This document shows positions 11,331 to 23,296 of a stretch of DNA of 44,009 nt, piece after piece. The DNA lies in the NCBI RefSeq assembly GCF_001194135.2, contig NC_068999.1, forward strand, positions 23,736,377 through 23,780,385, in the 5' to 3' direction. Each line of letters starts with the position of its first letter. Position 1 is the stretch's first letter. The position numbers and the translations under genes were made by a program. This stretch comes from Octopus bimaculoides (taxonomy: Eukaryota). Under the pieces are notes generated by a model. That model was not told the origin of the DNA, ran no database searches, and saw only the letters and a list, made by a program, of their open reading frames with translations.

Positions 11331-11573
11331 AATTTTTTTGGTCGTGGCTTATTTTGATACAATATTTATGTGTACATTTTCATAAATGTTTGTCTGAGTA
11401 GAATTCTAAGCATGTGTGAAGCATAAGATGAAAGTGAAACATTAGAAGCATATCAAAATATTGCCTGAAAATGACCTCAAAATTGTGGGACTCAACCTCA
11501 TTTCCAAGGTTATAAACAAGTAGTAAACAAGAGATGTTGTGCCGAAAACATAGTTTATTTGGTAGCCTTTATA

Positions 11574-11800
11574 TTGGGGCATCCCATAAATATTGCATTC
11601 TTTTTTATACTTCTTTTGTTTTTCAAAATTAAGATAAATTCTTTTTAATCTAAAATATACTCTCCTTCATTTTCTACAATGTTCTTCCATCTATCTGGTA
11701 GACTTGCAAGGCCCCTCTTCCAAAATTCACTTGTCTGTGATAAAAAATACTCCTCGAGTACTATTCTGACTTCATCTACAGAATTCATATTTTTTCTGTC
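11574..11800 (-). mobile_element. mariner 3' end: transposase C-terminus plus TIR
   Basis: DEVRIVLEEYFLSQTSEFWKRGLASLPDRWKNIVENEGEYILD*; TIR-like ttggggcatcccataaatattgc after TA. Confidence 0.85.
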
Positions 11801-11879
11801 CAATCAAAATCAAAAACAAACAATGCGCATGCACAAAATTAAAAATATGAAATGGCAACAATTTACCCATTGTACCCTG
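11801..11879 (-). mobile_element. Terminal fragment of the maT family element
   Basis: aaaatcaaaaacaaacaatgc...atttacccattgtaccctg matches 3065-3140. Confidence 0.8.
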
Positions 11880-12164
11880 CCGTTTGCCACCTCCCTTTTC
11901 CCCTCACCTACCATCCCACCATCCTACCCCTCCAACGCACCATTCTCCGAGCTTTCCGGCGCCTCCAGTCCGACCCCTCCACCTCCCACATCTTCCCTAA
12001 TCGACCCCTCCCTTCTTTCAAACGAGCCCATAACCTACGAGACCTCTTGGTCCACAGCTTCTTCCCCAACCCAACCTCCCAACCTCATTCCCTTGCTCCC
12101 GCCCATGCTGCCGCACTTGCCCTTACCTCTCCAACACCACCCTCCTCACCAGCACCCATCACCG

Positions 12165-12817
12165 NNNNNNNNNNNNNNNNNNNNNNNNNNNNNNNNNNNN
12201 NNNNNNNNNNNNNNNNNNNNNNNNNNNNNNNNNNNNNNNNNNNNNNNNNNNNNNNNNNNNNNNNNNNNNNNNNNNNNNNNNNNNNNNNNNNNNNNNNNNN
12301 NNNNNNNNNNNNNNNNNNNNNNNNNNNNNNNNNNNNNNNNNNNNNNNNNNNNNNNNNNNNNNNNNNNNNNNNNNNNNNNNNNNNNNNNNNNNNNNNNNNN
12401 NNNNNNNNNNNNNNNNNNNNNNNNNNNNNNNNNNNNNNNNNNNNNNNNNNNNNNNNNNNNNNNNNNNNNNNNNNNNNNNNNNNNNNNNNNNNNNNNNNNN
12501 NNNNNNNNNNNNNNNNNNNNNNNNNNNNNNNNNNNNNNNNNNNNNNNNNNNNNNNNNNNNNNNNNNNNNNNNNNNNNNNNNNNNNNNNNNNNNNNNNNNN
12601 NNNNNNNNNNNNNNNNNNNNNNNNNNNNNNNNNNNNNNNNNNNNNNNNNNNNNNNNNNNNNNNNNNNNNNNNNNNNNNNNNNNNNNNNNNNNNNNNNNNN
12701 NNNNNNNNNNNNNNNNNNNNNNNNNNNNNNNNNNNNNNNNNNNNNNNNNNNNNNNNNNNNNNNNNNNNNNNNNNNNNNNNNNNNNNNNNNNNNNNNNNNN
12801 NNNNNNNNNNNNNNNNN
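12165..12817. other. Assembly gap (N run)
   Basis: Ns. Confidence 1.
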
Positions 12818-13170
12818 CCCCATCCAATTCCTAACACCCACCCCCTACCTCTACCCCACCCTCAGCCTAACCCACACTCCACCCATGCCTTCCCCACCTC
12901 CCAACACCCTCACATCACACCATGCACACACTACAACTGACCAACTCCTTTCTCCCCTCCCCATTTTCACAAATGCATACGTCAAGATCACCAGCATTCT
13001 CTCTCTCACATACACAGCTCCTCGTTCTTCGATCACCATTCTTTCTCCCCCTTTTCTTAGCTCTCCTGTGCAAACTTTCTAAACTTCCGGTCAGCAGAAG
13101 TCATGATAGATCGTTGACCAGTGACTATTCATTTTTTTTCTTCGTGTTTTTCTCCTTGTTTTCTCCGTAT

Positions 13171-13207
13171 TCTTTCTGTTGAAGGACGTAGCTCGAAACG
13201 TTAAAGA
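13171..13207 (+). ncRNA. Hammerhead motif, family A (CUGUUGA variant), stem II decayed
   Basis: tcttt CTGTTGA A GGAC gtag CTC GAAA CGTT aaaga; stem I tcttt/aaaga. Confidence 0.55.
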
Positions 13208-13460
13208 CTTTCCGTATTCCCGAGCGTCATACTAATACATCCTTCTGTTGTTTACACCACCTGTCCTCGTCTGTTGTTGTTTTTTTTCGTACATTCTCCC
13301 ATATATATGTGTGTGTGTGTGTGTGTGTTCTTTTGTGTAGATTTATTTTTGAGGGTTTGGTTCTCAACTGGAAATATTAAACTTTCAGTTTCGCGCTTCA
13401 AGTCTCCCTTTCTCAGCCAATCCCATGACTGGTTTATTTATTTTGTTATATGGTACTTAC

Positions 13461-13507
13461 GTTGTAACCAGTTTAATTACTCTTCCATTTGGCTCACAGC
13501 ATGTAGT
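13461..13507 (-). CDS. Candidate internal exon, unidentified
   Basis: tttttttgttgtag acceptor, gtaagt donor, single open frame TTCCEPNGRVIKLVT; no homology recognised. Confidence 0.25.
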
Positions 13508-13599
13508 CTACAACAAAAAAACATTCTTAACTTTGTTCTTATTAAAATCTTGACATGCTGTCTATGTCTGTCCTTGCTTTGCATCAAAGTCTTTCCAGA

Positions 13600-15217
13600 T
13601 AATTTGTGTTTATCCAAGTAAATATGTTAACAATTTTCTGCACTGCACCCACTCCCAGATTAAGGTCTAGCTTCCCAAGTATTACTCACAACTTCTTTGT
13701 CACAATTCCAAAAGTCCCAATGGTAATTAATATGCTCATGACCTTCCAACATCTTTCTTCCAGTATTTGAGAATTCCATACTTCAAGTGAGTGGAATATT
13801 CTACATTTTCTTCCCACTGATATTAAATGGACATTCCACATCACTTACATGACACACTCTCCATTAGGGTCCAACAAACTTTGTAAATAATCCTTCTTTC
13901 ACCACCTTCTTATGAAGAACTTTTTCCTCTTCTATGCAGAATCCTAGACTTGTTCTTTTTCTATATAATTCTACAACCTCTTCAACACTCATTAACTCCC
14001 TTCTTCCTCTTGTTCTTTTCTAGTATTTACATCTGATTACAATACATGTGTATTGTAAGCCACTTGCTTGTCCTACTTGCAAGTCACTTCCTTGCTTTTA
14101 TTCTGCAGTTCCTCCTTTCTCCTCCCAAAGTATACTAACCAACACCTTATTAGTGGTACTGTCCCAAAGTTGATTACTTCCATAATATTTCCTGCATTCA
14201 ATTTTGATTTTAAAATCTTCTTAATTATACAAAAATAATCTCTTGATTTTATCACTTACCAGTTTTCCAAGAAACTTAAAGGCTTCTTTTACACCTAAAA
14301 AAGGGTAAAAGCATGAGATTGTACCTAGAAAGTTTCCCTCTGAGGTACAAGTTCAGAAACGTTGTTTATGGAAGACCAGCAGCTGCCCATACGGCTTAGC
14401 ACCAGTGATGTCACAACTCATTTCTACAGCTGAGTGAAATCAAGCAATGCTTAAAAACTCAACACACAGCCCAGTTCAGGAATTGAACTCACATATCTAA
14501 GCTTTTGATATTTTTAACACCAGATACAGTGATTCCAACACTTTTACATTTTTCCCATGCTTTATGTCTATCACAGTCCATTTCTTGATACCAAATTTTA
14601 TCCCAGTGTCACAACTCAATATTCATAGTTTGAACCAAATACTCTGCTTGATTGTTGTTTTTGCCATAAAGCTTTAAATTATCCATGGAAATTCACTTTT
14701 CCCCAATTTTTCCCAAAGAATACCTTATTTAGCTTTAAACAGAATAAATGAATAAATGATCTGTGCTATTTCAAACAAAATATGAAGGCGAGGTTGTCCA
14801 CTTGAAAGATTCTTTTTCTAATCTGTACATCTGCTAATCTTTCTTTCCTAGCAATTACTCTCGAATGTTGCATTGCATTTTCTAACAGACATGTAAACTT
14901 TTCCTAGATCTTTGATGGATCCACACAACACTAGACTGACAAGCATTGAACTAGGTCATATACCTTTTTATAATTGATCCAAGCAGGCATGGCTGTGTGG
15001 AAAGAAGTTTGCTTCTCAACCACATAGTTCCAGGTTCAGTACCACTGCATGACACCTGTCTGAGAGCATTGTGTGTTACAGAGGTGAATGGATAAGAACT
15101 GATTCAATGATTCCAGGTTCAGTCCCACTACAAGACACCTTGGGTGAGTGTCTTTGAGCCAACCAAAGCCGTGTGAGTGGATTTGGTAGATGGAAGCTCA
15201 AAGAAGCCTGTCGTATA

Positions 15218-15248
<31 letters not shown>

Positions 15249-15610
15249 ATGTATGTATGTATGTATATATCTGTGTGTGTTTCGTTTGTGTTTGTCCCCA
15301 ACCCCTACCTGATAATGGCTATTGGTGTGTTTATATCCTGTTACTTAGTAGTTCAGCAAAATTGATCAATAGACTAAGCACTAGGCTTAAAAAAAAGTAC
15401 TGGACTTGATTCATTCGACTAAAAGATCTTCAAGGCGGTGTCCCAGCATAATCGCAGTCAAATGATTGAAACAAGTAAAAGATAAAAGAATATACAAATT
15501 TATATCCCTCTTTCTACAATTTCTCAAGACAATCTCATCAATCATTAGTTGATTTTTCATTCCTCTGCACTTTAATTTTCAACAGCCTTTCTTTTCATCA
15601 AACATTATAT
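13600..15610 (-). mobile_element. Second R4/Dong-like LINE, heavily decayed and split by SINEs
   Basis: KGC..RGMKNQLMIDEIVLRNCRKRGINL; IRKRIFQVDNL; MDNLKLYGK; DTGIKFGIKK; ILKSKLNAGNIMEVIN..TVPLIR. Confidence 0.8.
14985..15490 (+). mobile_element. Family 1 SINE with a partly duplicated head
   Basis: Two successive heads (ccaggttcagt...) then a microsatellite and the standard tail. Confidence 0.85.
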
Positions 15611-15839
15611 ATTTCTCATATAGAGGTTGGTGCATCTCCTTCAATTATTCCTGTTCAGAGCTTCTGCTTAAATGGCTACCACATCATTGGATGGTGATCT
15701 GTGACAATATTTCCTTAACTCAGCTATCGAGGGTATGTCCCCTTTTGTCATACACTCAATTAGCTGAGAGAGCTTACAAACCACCATGAAACCACTGACT
15801 GGTTTAATGGACACTTCTTTTAAGCTGAAATGTGTATCT

Positions 15840-16330
15840 CAAAGGATCTCTCCTAGTGAACACATACTGAACACAGTAAAAACTGCATCACGAACATTAA
15901 CTTCCTCTAGAAAATAATTCAGAACCTAACAACTAGTAACCCTCTACAAAGCTCAAGGGAGACCCACAATGGAATACTGCTCCCACATCTAGGACAGTAC
16001 TACCTGTTCTTCTGCAACACACAAACATCCTACATCTCATTCAAAGAAAGGTTACTTTACTGATTGACCTGAAGTCACTCACCATCACTCTCCAACCTCT
16101 GGACCAAAGATGTATCGTGTCACCTTTCTCCACCTTTTCTACCACCATTTTATAGCTTGTACTCCTTGGAATCAGTCTTGTACTGCTTCCATTCAAGTTC
16201 TACAACTCGTGTTACTCCTATTCTTGTCACCTATACTGACTCCATTTACCCAGGCCTTGTAGAATTCAACCCTCTGGAATTCTTTCCTTGCATATGTTTT
16301 TCCTGCATCCAGCAATTTGTACAAGAGTGA
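15840..16330 (+). mobile_element. CR1/L2/Jockey-group LINE 3' RT fragment
   Basis: LVTLYKAQGRPTMEYCSHI*...LHLIQRK...LQPLDQR resembles the LYKxQVRPxxEYCSHIW motif. Confidence 0.7.
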
Positions 16331-16336
16331 CGTTAA

Positions 16337-16522
16337 CCCTTTAACATTCACATTGTTTTGAATTAATCATGCATTATTTTGTAGATTTGAGATTTTGATG
16401 AGGTATTTGTTAATTTTTAGAATGATATTGTTGGGTAGGTGTGAGAAGCCAGATCTGGTTAGTTTGAACTTAAAACAGGTAGAATATTTTGGCCAGATAT
16501 GGCTGGTTTAAATGCTAAAGGG
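16337..16522. mobile_element. piggyBac-type MITE
   Basis: TTAA target sites (16333-16336, 16523-16526) flanking TIRs ccctttaacatt / aatgctaaaggg. Confidence 0.8.
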
Positions 16523-17583
16523 TTAATACATTGGCCTCATTAGTCTCAGAGAACTTGCAAAGGCCTTGGGAACAGCTCTCTCCTCCAGAACAATTTAATA
16601 GAAAAAAAATTAGGTGATTGTTCCCAAATGTTTGTTAAATAAAAAGAAACTGTTTCTCACACAGACAGGAGTAAATTAGATTCACAATAAAATAGGGTTG
16701 GAAATATGCATAGCAACAACTTGCTGTGTAAGTAAAACTAATAAAAGGAGAGAATATGAGTAATAAGGAATTTTCTGTCTGAGAACTCTTTTCTCTTTTT
16801 TGCTAAGAAAAGAAGTTGGGATCATGTTGAGTAAATATTGATCTCTAGTGCCTCATCAATAATTTTTACATTGAACTGTGCTTGTAAACAACAATGGGCA
16901 ATGCTCAATTTAAGGTTATTGTGATTTTTGAAAACAAAGAAAAAAAGAACCTTAAAGGTTGTACTTTATCTTCAGTATGAGTACATGAGTTAAGCAAATA
17001 ACTTTAATTATGGACTAATATCTAAAAATATAGTCTCTTTTGTTGAAGACAGCAAATAATGACAGTCTCCTGATATAATACTTCTATTATCTTTAATGCA
17101 AATTGATTGAACTTGATCAAATAAATCAAGCCACTACTAGTATTGTATACCTCACTACCACTACTACTACTGTGGTGGTGGTGGTGGCGGTGGCAGTAGT
17201 AGTAGTAGTAGTAGTAGTAGTAAGACCAATACATTAATGCTAGTCAAGACTTGTTAATAATATCTCTTATTGATACTTCAATATTTCATTAAATATTTCT
17301 TAATCTTAGTCATTCTTCTATTCCCTAGGAATTTTCATACATCACTGTTTCTCCTGCCTTCAAAACAACAGCAGTAGTGTCAATGAGTAAATTAATTCTT
17401 CAATTGTATAAAAACCTCACCCAGAAAAACTTGTATTATTGAGACAAATTTAGAAATCATACTCATATATTTTAACAAAAGGGCTGAGAGAAAATATCTC
17501 AGGAGAATTCTGCATACTAAATACACATACAACAGTATCTCACAAAACATAATGTATAGGGATTGTAAAAAAAAAACTAAAAC

Positions 17584-17766
17584 ATGGGGAGGACAGGTGG
17601 AGGAGGCGATTGGGAGGGATGGCTTGAGAAGGGAGGACGCCCAAAACCAGGCAAGATGGCGAGACGGTGTGAGAGCGGTTGCTATGGCAGTGAGGTAGAT
17701 CCGACCACCCCACTTAACAAGGACAAAACCCAGATTCAAACACTGGATGATGATGATGATGATGAT
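17584..17766 (+). mobile_element. RTE-type LINE extreme 3' end with (GAT)n tail
   Basis: ...GLRREDAQNQARWRDGVRAVAMAVR* followed by gatgatgatgat. Confidence 0.65.
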
Positions 17767-18261
17767 GCTCTTTGGCCCATCTCTCTTTAATTGTTTTCAT
17801 TTTATTTTGACAGACACTAGCAATGAGAAGCAGACATTCTCTCAGTGGCTATGGCTTCTGACACTTGTATTGCACATGCTTACTAGCGTGATGGCATAAA
17901 ACTCAACATTTCTCACAAATTTTCATTTGGCTGGTATTATTTCTATTCATATTTGTATTGTTATTCATGGCTGATGGGTTATATAGTGTTGGCATTGTTT
18001 TACATTCATTCATTTTTGCCTTTGTGTTTGTGCTTCATTCTTGGTTAAGCAATTCTTCCAAAACAATTTATTTTTTATGCATAATCAAAAGAAGGAGGAC
18101 ATAAAATAAGCATTAGTTGTACTTACCAGTGGTCTGGTTTGTTAATTTGGCTTAGATATCTAGTGACATTATAGGACTTATTGTTTAACAGGAGGGCACT
18201 AGGCTTCACCATGTCATGAAGCCAGTACTTTTTTATTATCATCATCATTGCTATTATGTAA

Positions 18262-18975
18262 GACAGTAAGCTGGCAGAGACGTTAGTGCTGAAAAAATGC
18301 TTTGCAATATTTCTTCTTACTCATTACATTCAGAGTTCAAATTCCACCAAGGTCAACTTTACCTTACCTCCTTTCAGGGTAAATATAATAAGTAGTAGTT
18401 GAGCACTGGGGGCTATGAAACTGACTTGCCCCTACCCGCTAAAAAAAAATCCTGGCCTTGTGCCAAATTTTGAAACCATTGTTATTATTATTTGGTGAGC
18501 TGGCAAAATCATTAGCAAGTTGGGCAAAGTGCTTAGCAGTATTTCATTCATCCATATATTCAGAGTTCAAATTCCATTGAGATCAGTTTTGCCTTTCATC
18601 CTCTCAAGGTCAATAAAATAAGTACCAGTTGAGTACCAAAAAAAAAAGGTGAAGTTTCCTTCTCAACTCATGCCAACTCATAAGGCCAGTTTCTTGGTTT
18701 CCATGGCATATATATTCCCCACCTGGACAGGATGCTGGTCTATTGCAGGATTACTCATTTTTGCCCAGCTAAGTGGACCGGAGCAATGTGAAATGAAATG
18801 CTTTGCTCAAGAATACATATTGCCCAGTCCAGGAATCAAAACCACAATCTTACAATCATGAGTTCAACACTCTAACCAAACCACTAAGCCACATGCTTCC
18901 ACACCAGTTGAGTACTGGGCTCGATGCAATCAACTTACCTCGAAATTGCTGGCCTTGTGCCAAAATTTGAAATCA
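18262..18975 (+). mobile_element. Two tandem family 2 SINEs, the second interrupted by another SINE
   Basis: Copies at 18262-18480 and 18492-18636 plus 18903-18975. Confidence 0.8.
18637..18902 (-). mobile_element. tRNA-derived SINE (family 3) nested in a family 2 SINE, 13-bp TSD
   Basis: TSD accagttgagtac at 18624-18636 and 18903-18915; related copies at ~14290-14490, ~18990-19240 and ~32940-33120. Confidence 0.8.
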
Positions 18976-19284
18976 TTATCATTAACCTAGTGGTTAGGGT
19001 ATTGCACTTATGATTGTGTGGTCACAGTTTCAGTTCCTAGACCAGGTGACGCGTTGTGTTCTTGAGAAAAACACTTCATCTTACATTGCTCGACAATAAC
19101 TTTGCCACCTGACACGTAGTACACTGTACACCTGTTCAGGCAAAGTCGTTTTGATGGAGGGTGTGAGCTAATGTACACACACATTTGATCACTATAAACA
19201 AATCATTTGTACTGGTCATTCAGCAGAAGCTGAACACCCATACATCATCTTTGATGGGAGAGTCCATCATCATGATCATCATCA

Positions 19285-19286
<2 letters not shown>

Positions 19287-19349
<63 letters not shown>

Positions 19350-19620
19350 GAGTGCGAGAGCAATATATGCCATCAAAGTGACACTAGAGTACAAATATAC
19401 AAAGCCTAATATACCCATCATGACTACCTGTTTGATAAGGATACACCAGGCACATGCATCACGACCATATGTGTGCGACATGGTGATCTTATACCAAGAT
19501 AAACAGTGCATGACCTTGCAGGTGAGATGCCAGTTAGAATTTTCCTCAGGTCAAGTAGTCCATCCCACTCAAAAGGTCCCTGAATAAGGTTTGTTTAAGG
19601 ATGACGGACAAAATAACCAT
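19287..19620 (-). mobile_element. Short non-coding retroelement-like repeat with (AAT)n tail
   Basis: (TTA)n at 19287-19349 forms the 3' tail on minus; partial copy (tgccatcaaagtgacact) at ~30045. Confidence 0.55.
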
Positions 19621-20095
19621 GTTGTAGGCTGGTATCATTGGAGACAGACTTGTTGGCCCAGTCAGGATGCCTGAAGAAATTAAAGTGACCACAGATGCCT
19701 ACTGCAATCTCCTGAAGGAGGTCTTGGCTCCCTGGCTAGATGACATACTGCTGTCACTTCTAAGGAATCTCGTACTCATGCATGACAACGCTCCCTCCTA
19801 CTCTGCTAGGACCACCCAAACATCCCTAGGGTCTTACAGCATACTAGGTAAAAGGTTGACGGTATGGCTGCCAGCATCTCTGGATCTCAACCCTATCGAA
19901 AATCTTTGGTCCATCATTAAACAAGATGTATATGCTGATGGGTGCTAATTTACGTCAAAAGATGTCTTATGGGTGACCATCAAAGCTGCAGCAGAAGCAG
20001 TCCAACCTGCTACTATTAAGAAATTGGCAGACTCCATAACTAATAAGGTTTTTGAAGTTATCCGTCAAAATGGTGCCCATATGGTTAAATAATTC
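19621..20095 (+). mobile_element. Tc1 (DD34E-type) transposase C-terminal fragment
   Basis: LMHDNAPS...WLPASLDLNPIENLWSIIKQDVY...QNGAHMVK*. Confidence 0.9.
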
Positions 20096-20420
20096 ATTAT
20101 GTCAACAAATGTTATATAATATTATGGTTTTCTGTTAAATATTTACTCAATGTATGCTTAATATGTATCATTACCACTGCTTCACAACTGGTGTTGGTGT
20201 GTTTACATCCCCATAACTTAGCAGTTCAGCAAAAGAGACCGACAGAATAAGTACCAAGTTTGAGAAAGAAAATGAGTATTAGGGTCGATTCATTCAACTA
20301 AAATTTCTTCAAGGTGGTGCCCCAGCATGGCTGCAGTCTAACAAGTGAAACAGGTAAAAGATACAAGCTTACAAAAAAAAAAAGGGGGAAGAAAGAAAAG
20401 AAAAACTAAGGTATAAATAC

Positions 20421-20518
20421 CTTCACTACATTTGTTCCATTGGCAGCAGATACAAAATAAAGTGGCATTTTATGTTTCTCAGGAAAGTTAAAACTTTTCT
20501 TTGTCATATTCATATCAG
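20421..20518 (-). CDS. RABL2: Internal exon of Rab-like protein 2
   Basis: ttttctttgcttttttgtag acceptor, aag/gtattt donor; (A)DMNMTKKSFNFPEKHKMPLYFVSAANGTNVVK versus recalled human RABL2 ADINVTQKSFNFAKKFSLPLYFVSAADGTNVVK. Confidence 0.92.
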
Positions 20519-20635
20519 CTACAAAAAAGCAAAGAAAACTTCCTTAGCAATTAAACAGATATTTAAAATATTCAATATGATAGATAGTTAATCTGTTATA
20601 CAATGTTCAGTGATTTAAAATTTGTTTCAGGCATA

Positions 20636-20970
20636 GCTGTGTGGTAAGAAGCTTTCTTCCCAACCACATGGTTCTGGGTTCAGTCCCTCAGTGTGGCACC
20701 TTGGGCAAGTGTCTTCTACTATAGCCCTGGACCAACCAAAGCCTTGCAAGTAGATTTTGTAGATGGAAACTGAAAGAAGCCTGTCTGTGTTTGTGTATGT
20801 GTATCTGTGCTTGTATTTGTCCCCTGCTACTGCTTTACAAATGGTGTTTGTTTATATCCCTATAATTTAGCAATTTGGCAATAGAATGAATACCGGGTTT
20901 AAAAAAGAAGCACTGGCGTCACTTTGTTAGACTAGGCCCTTCAAAGGAGTGCCCAATGACTGAAACAAAT
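20636..20970 (+). mobile_element. Family 1 SINE
   Basis: gcatagctgtgtggtaagaagc head through gaaacaa tail. Confidence 0.85.
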
Positions 20971-21004
20971 ATTAAAAAAAAAGAAAAAAGTTAATATATT
21001 TCAT

Positions 21005-21485
21005 ATCATTATTTACAAATAGCAACCAATTTCACATCGTTAACTATTTAGGGGTTCTTAAAATCGATAATGGGCCAACTACAGGGGTTGGGCTATTATA
21101 TGATAAAATGAGAGGCGTGCAAAAGTGTTAGGTTCAGGCAAAATGTAGTGGCATAATGAGGGTGGCTGATATCAGGGAAGGGGAGGAGACAGGAAGAGAC
21201 AGAGACACAGGGAATGTGAGAGACAGACAGACAGGGACAGAGCGGGAGGGATAGAATGTGTTTACTGGAGGGAAGAGTGAATTTTAAAACTTTGTTCTTT
21301 CATTTCTTCCTATCACTTAACGCATATGCTTTAGTGAATTAACCATTGTATATTCAGTTACAACTTTTACAATACGTCCAACAACAGATGTTAAACGAGT
21401 GAACGGTAAAGTGTTTTTATATTTGTTTTCAAATTACCGTATTAAGACTTATTAAAACTTTACCAATGTGGCTGGCCAGGTTAGT
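21005..21485 (+). mobile_element. Probable non-autonomous Helitron-like repeat abutting the helicase fragment
   Basis: Ends in a degenerate hairpin plus CTAGT-like terminus (ccaatgtggctggccaggttagt); GA-rich interior. Confidence 0.35.
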
Positions 21486-22170
21486 TTGCCTTTTGGACAT
21501 ATTGTATCGGATATACAGGAACTAATGGCTAGAGTGTTTCCAAACCTGGAGATTCAATTTAAAGACCAAACCTGGCTGAGAACACATGCCATCTTAGTGC
21601 CAAAATATGTGGTAGCAAGTGATTTGAACATCAAACTCCTGGATCAGTTGCCTGCTGAGTGTTGCAGCTATAAGTCAATTGACTCTGTGCTCAACTCTGA
21701 TGAAGCTATGAACTATCTCATTGAACTATTGAATAGCCTAGCACCAGCAGGCCTCACACCTCACAACTTGCACCCCAAGACTGACACATCAGTCATGCTT
21801 TTAAGAAACCTGGGCTCACCCAAGCTTTGCAATGGCACACAACTTACAATCAAGACTTTTAAAAGCAACCATTCTCACTGGCAAAGCAAGTGGTGAAGTT
21901 GTCTTCATATTACGAATTCTGCTAATTCCTTCTGACATGCCATTTGAGTTCAAGTGACTGCAATTTCCCGTACAACTGAGTTTTGCAATGACCATAAACA
22001 AGGCCCAGGGACAGTCTTTGGACATGGTAGGCCTAAACCTTGCAGAACCTGTTTTTTCCAATGGCCAACTGTATGTAGGATGCTCAAGAGTTGGCAATCC
22101 AAATCATTTGTTTATTTATGCTCCAGAGGGTAAGACCAAAAATGTATATCAAGTGGCTCTGCAAAATTGA
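21486..22170 (+). mobile_element. Helitron PIF1-like helicase C-terminal remnant (frameshifted)
   Basis: VMLLRNLGSPKLCNGTQL; [13 protein letters not shown]; [15 protein letters not shown]. Confidence 0.92.
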
Positions 22171-22723
22171 TAGTAATCAACCATCAATCATTTCATACTT
22201 ACATATCGTCAATCCTCTCATCCTTCCAACCATCCACCAATTCCACTTTGATATTACCATACCAGTACAATCAATTAATTCTCTGATTCAACTGTATTAC
22301 TTGCCAGTATTTGTAAATCTTTCCCATGTCACCATGTATTTCTAAATCTATTTGTAATTTAAATGTGAACTGAACAGGGAGTGGGATAGGACATGAAACA
22401 GTGTAATGGGAACGGGGACTGGAAATAACCCCTGGTTTTCTGGTATCTCAGATCAAGTCACTTGCTATGCAAGTACATCTCCGTAATTTTTTAAATCACT
22501 GTGGATAAATGCCAAACAATGACCTGCTCAGGCTCTCCAATATTTTAATTTCTAAACAGAAACAATTGGGAGCAGGGAGTGGGGTTACCAAAAATTCATA
22601 ATTTCTCAAATTTTCTTTTTTATAGCATATAAATGTATTTTTTGGGGGAAAAAGTATTGAAAAACATTGATACATGCATGAGTGATAAAGAAACGAGGAG
22701 GGTTGTCATTGGATGTGCTAGAA

Positions 22724-22968
22724 NNNNNNNNNNNNNNNNNNNNNNNNNNNNNNNNNNNNNNNNNNNNNNNNNNNNNNNNNNNNNNNNNNNNNNNNNNNNN
22801 NNNNNNNNNNNNNNNNNNNNNNNNNNNNNNNNNNNNNNNNNNNNNNNNNNNNNNNNNNNNNNNNNNNNNNNNNNNNNNNNNNNNNNNNNNNNNNNNNNNN
22901 NNNNNNNNNNNNNNNNNNNNNNNNNNNNNNNNNNNNNNNNNNNNNNNNNNNNNNNNNNNNNNNNNNNN
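22724..22968. other. Assembly gap (N run)
   Basis: Ns. Confidence 1.
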
Positions 22969-23296
22969 GTGACTGCAATTTCCCGTACAACTGAGTTTTG
23001 CAATGACCATAAACAAGGCCCAGGGACAGTCTTTGGACATGGTAGGCCTAAACCTTGCAGAACCTGTTTTTTCCAATGGCCAACTGTATGTAGGATGCTC
23101 AAGAGTTGGCAATCCAAATCATTTGTTTATTTATGCTCCAGAGGGTAAGACCAAAAATGTATATCAAGTGGCTCTGCAAAATTGATAGTAATCAACCATC
23201 AATCATTTCATACTTACATATCGTCAATCCTCTCATCCTTCCAACCATCCACCAATTCCACTTTGATATTACCATACCAGTACAATCAATTAATTC
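22969..23296 (+). repeat. Apparently identical copy of 21954-22281 beside a gap (probable assembly redundancy)
   Basis: No differences seen by eye; begins exactly at the gap edge. Confidence 0.8.

Larger units (their letters stand above)
11885..13290 (+). mobile_element. Penelope-like element (RT thumb/linker into zinc region, gap, C-rich 3' region, family A pLTR)
   Basis: PFPLTYHP...RRLQSDPSTSHIFPNRPLPSFKRAHNLRDLLVHS then (frameshift) PCSRPCCRTCPYL; pLTR at 13100-13290. Confidence 0.85.

Noticed and set aside
16950-16985. CTGAAGA/CTGATGA matches here and at ~9316, ~26359 and ~31025
   Set aside because: No stem II plus GAAA plus NUH arrangement follows
17331-18230. Several further exon-like segments on both strands (also 573-613, 4791-4832, 25724-25768)
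   Set aside because: Overlapping, mutually inconsistent and unrecognised; expected by chance in AT-rich DNA
19500-19600. HDV-like fold around cctgaggaaaattctaactgg (minus)
   Set aside because: A CTAA motif is present but no consistent P1/P2/P3 register was found
22414-22444. Helitron 3' terminus (gggg...cccc hairpin plus CTGG-T)
   Set aside because: A 4-bp stem is too weak
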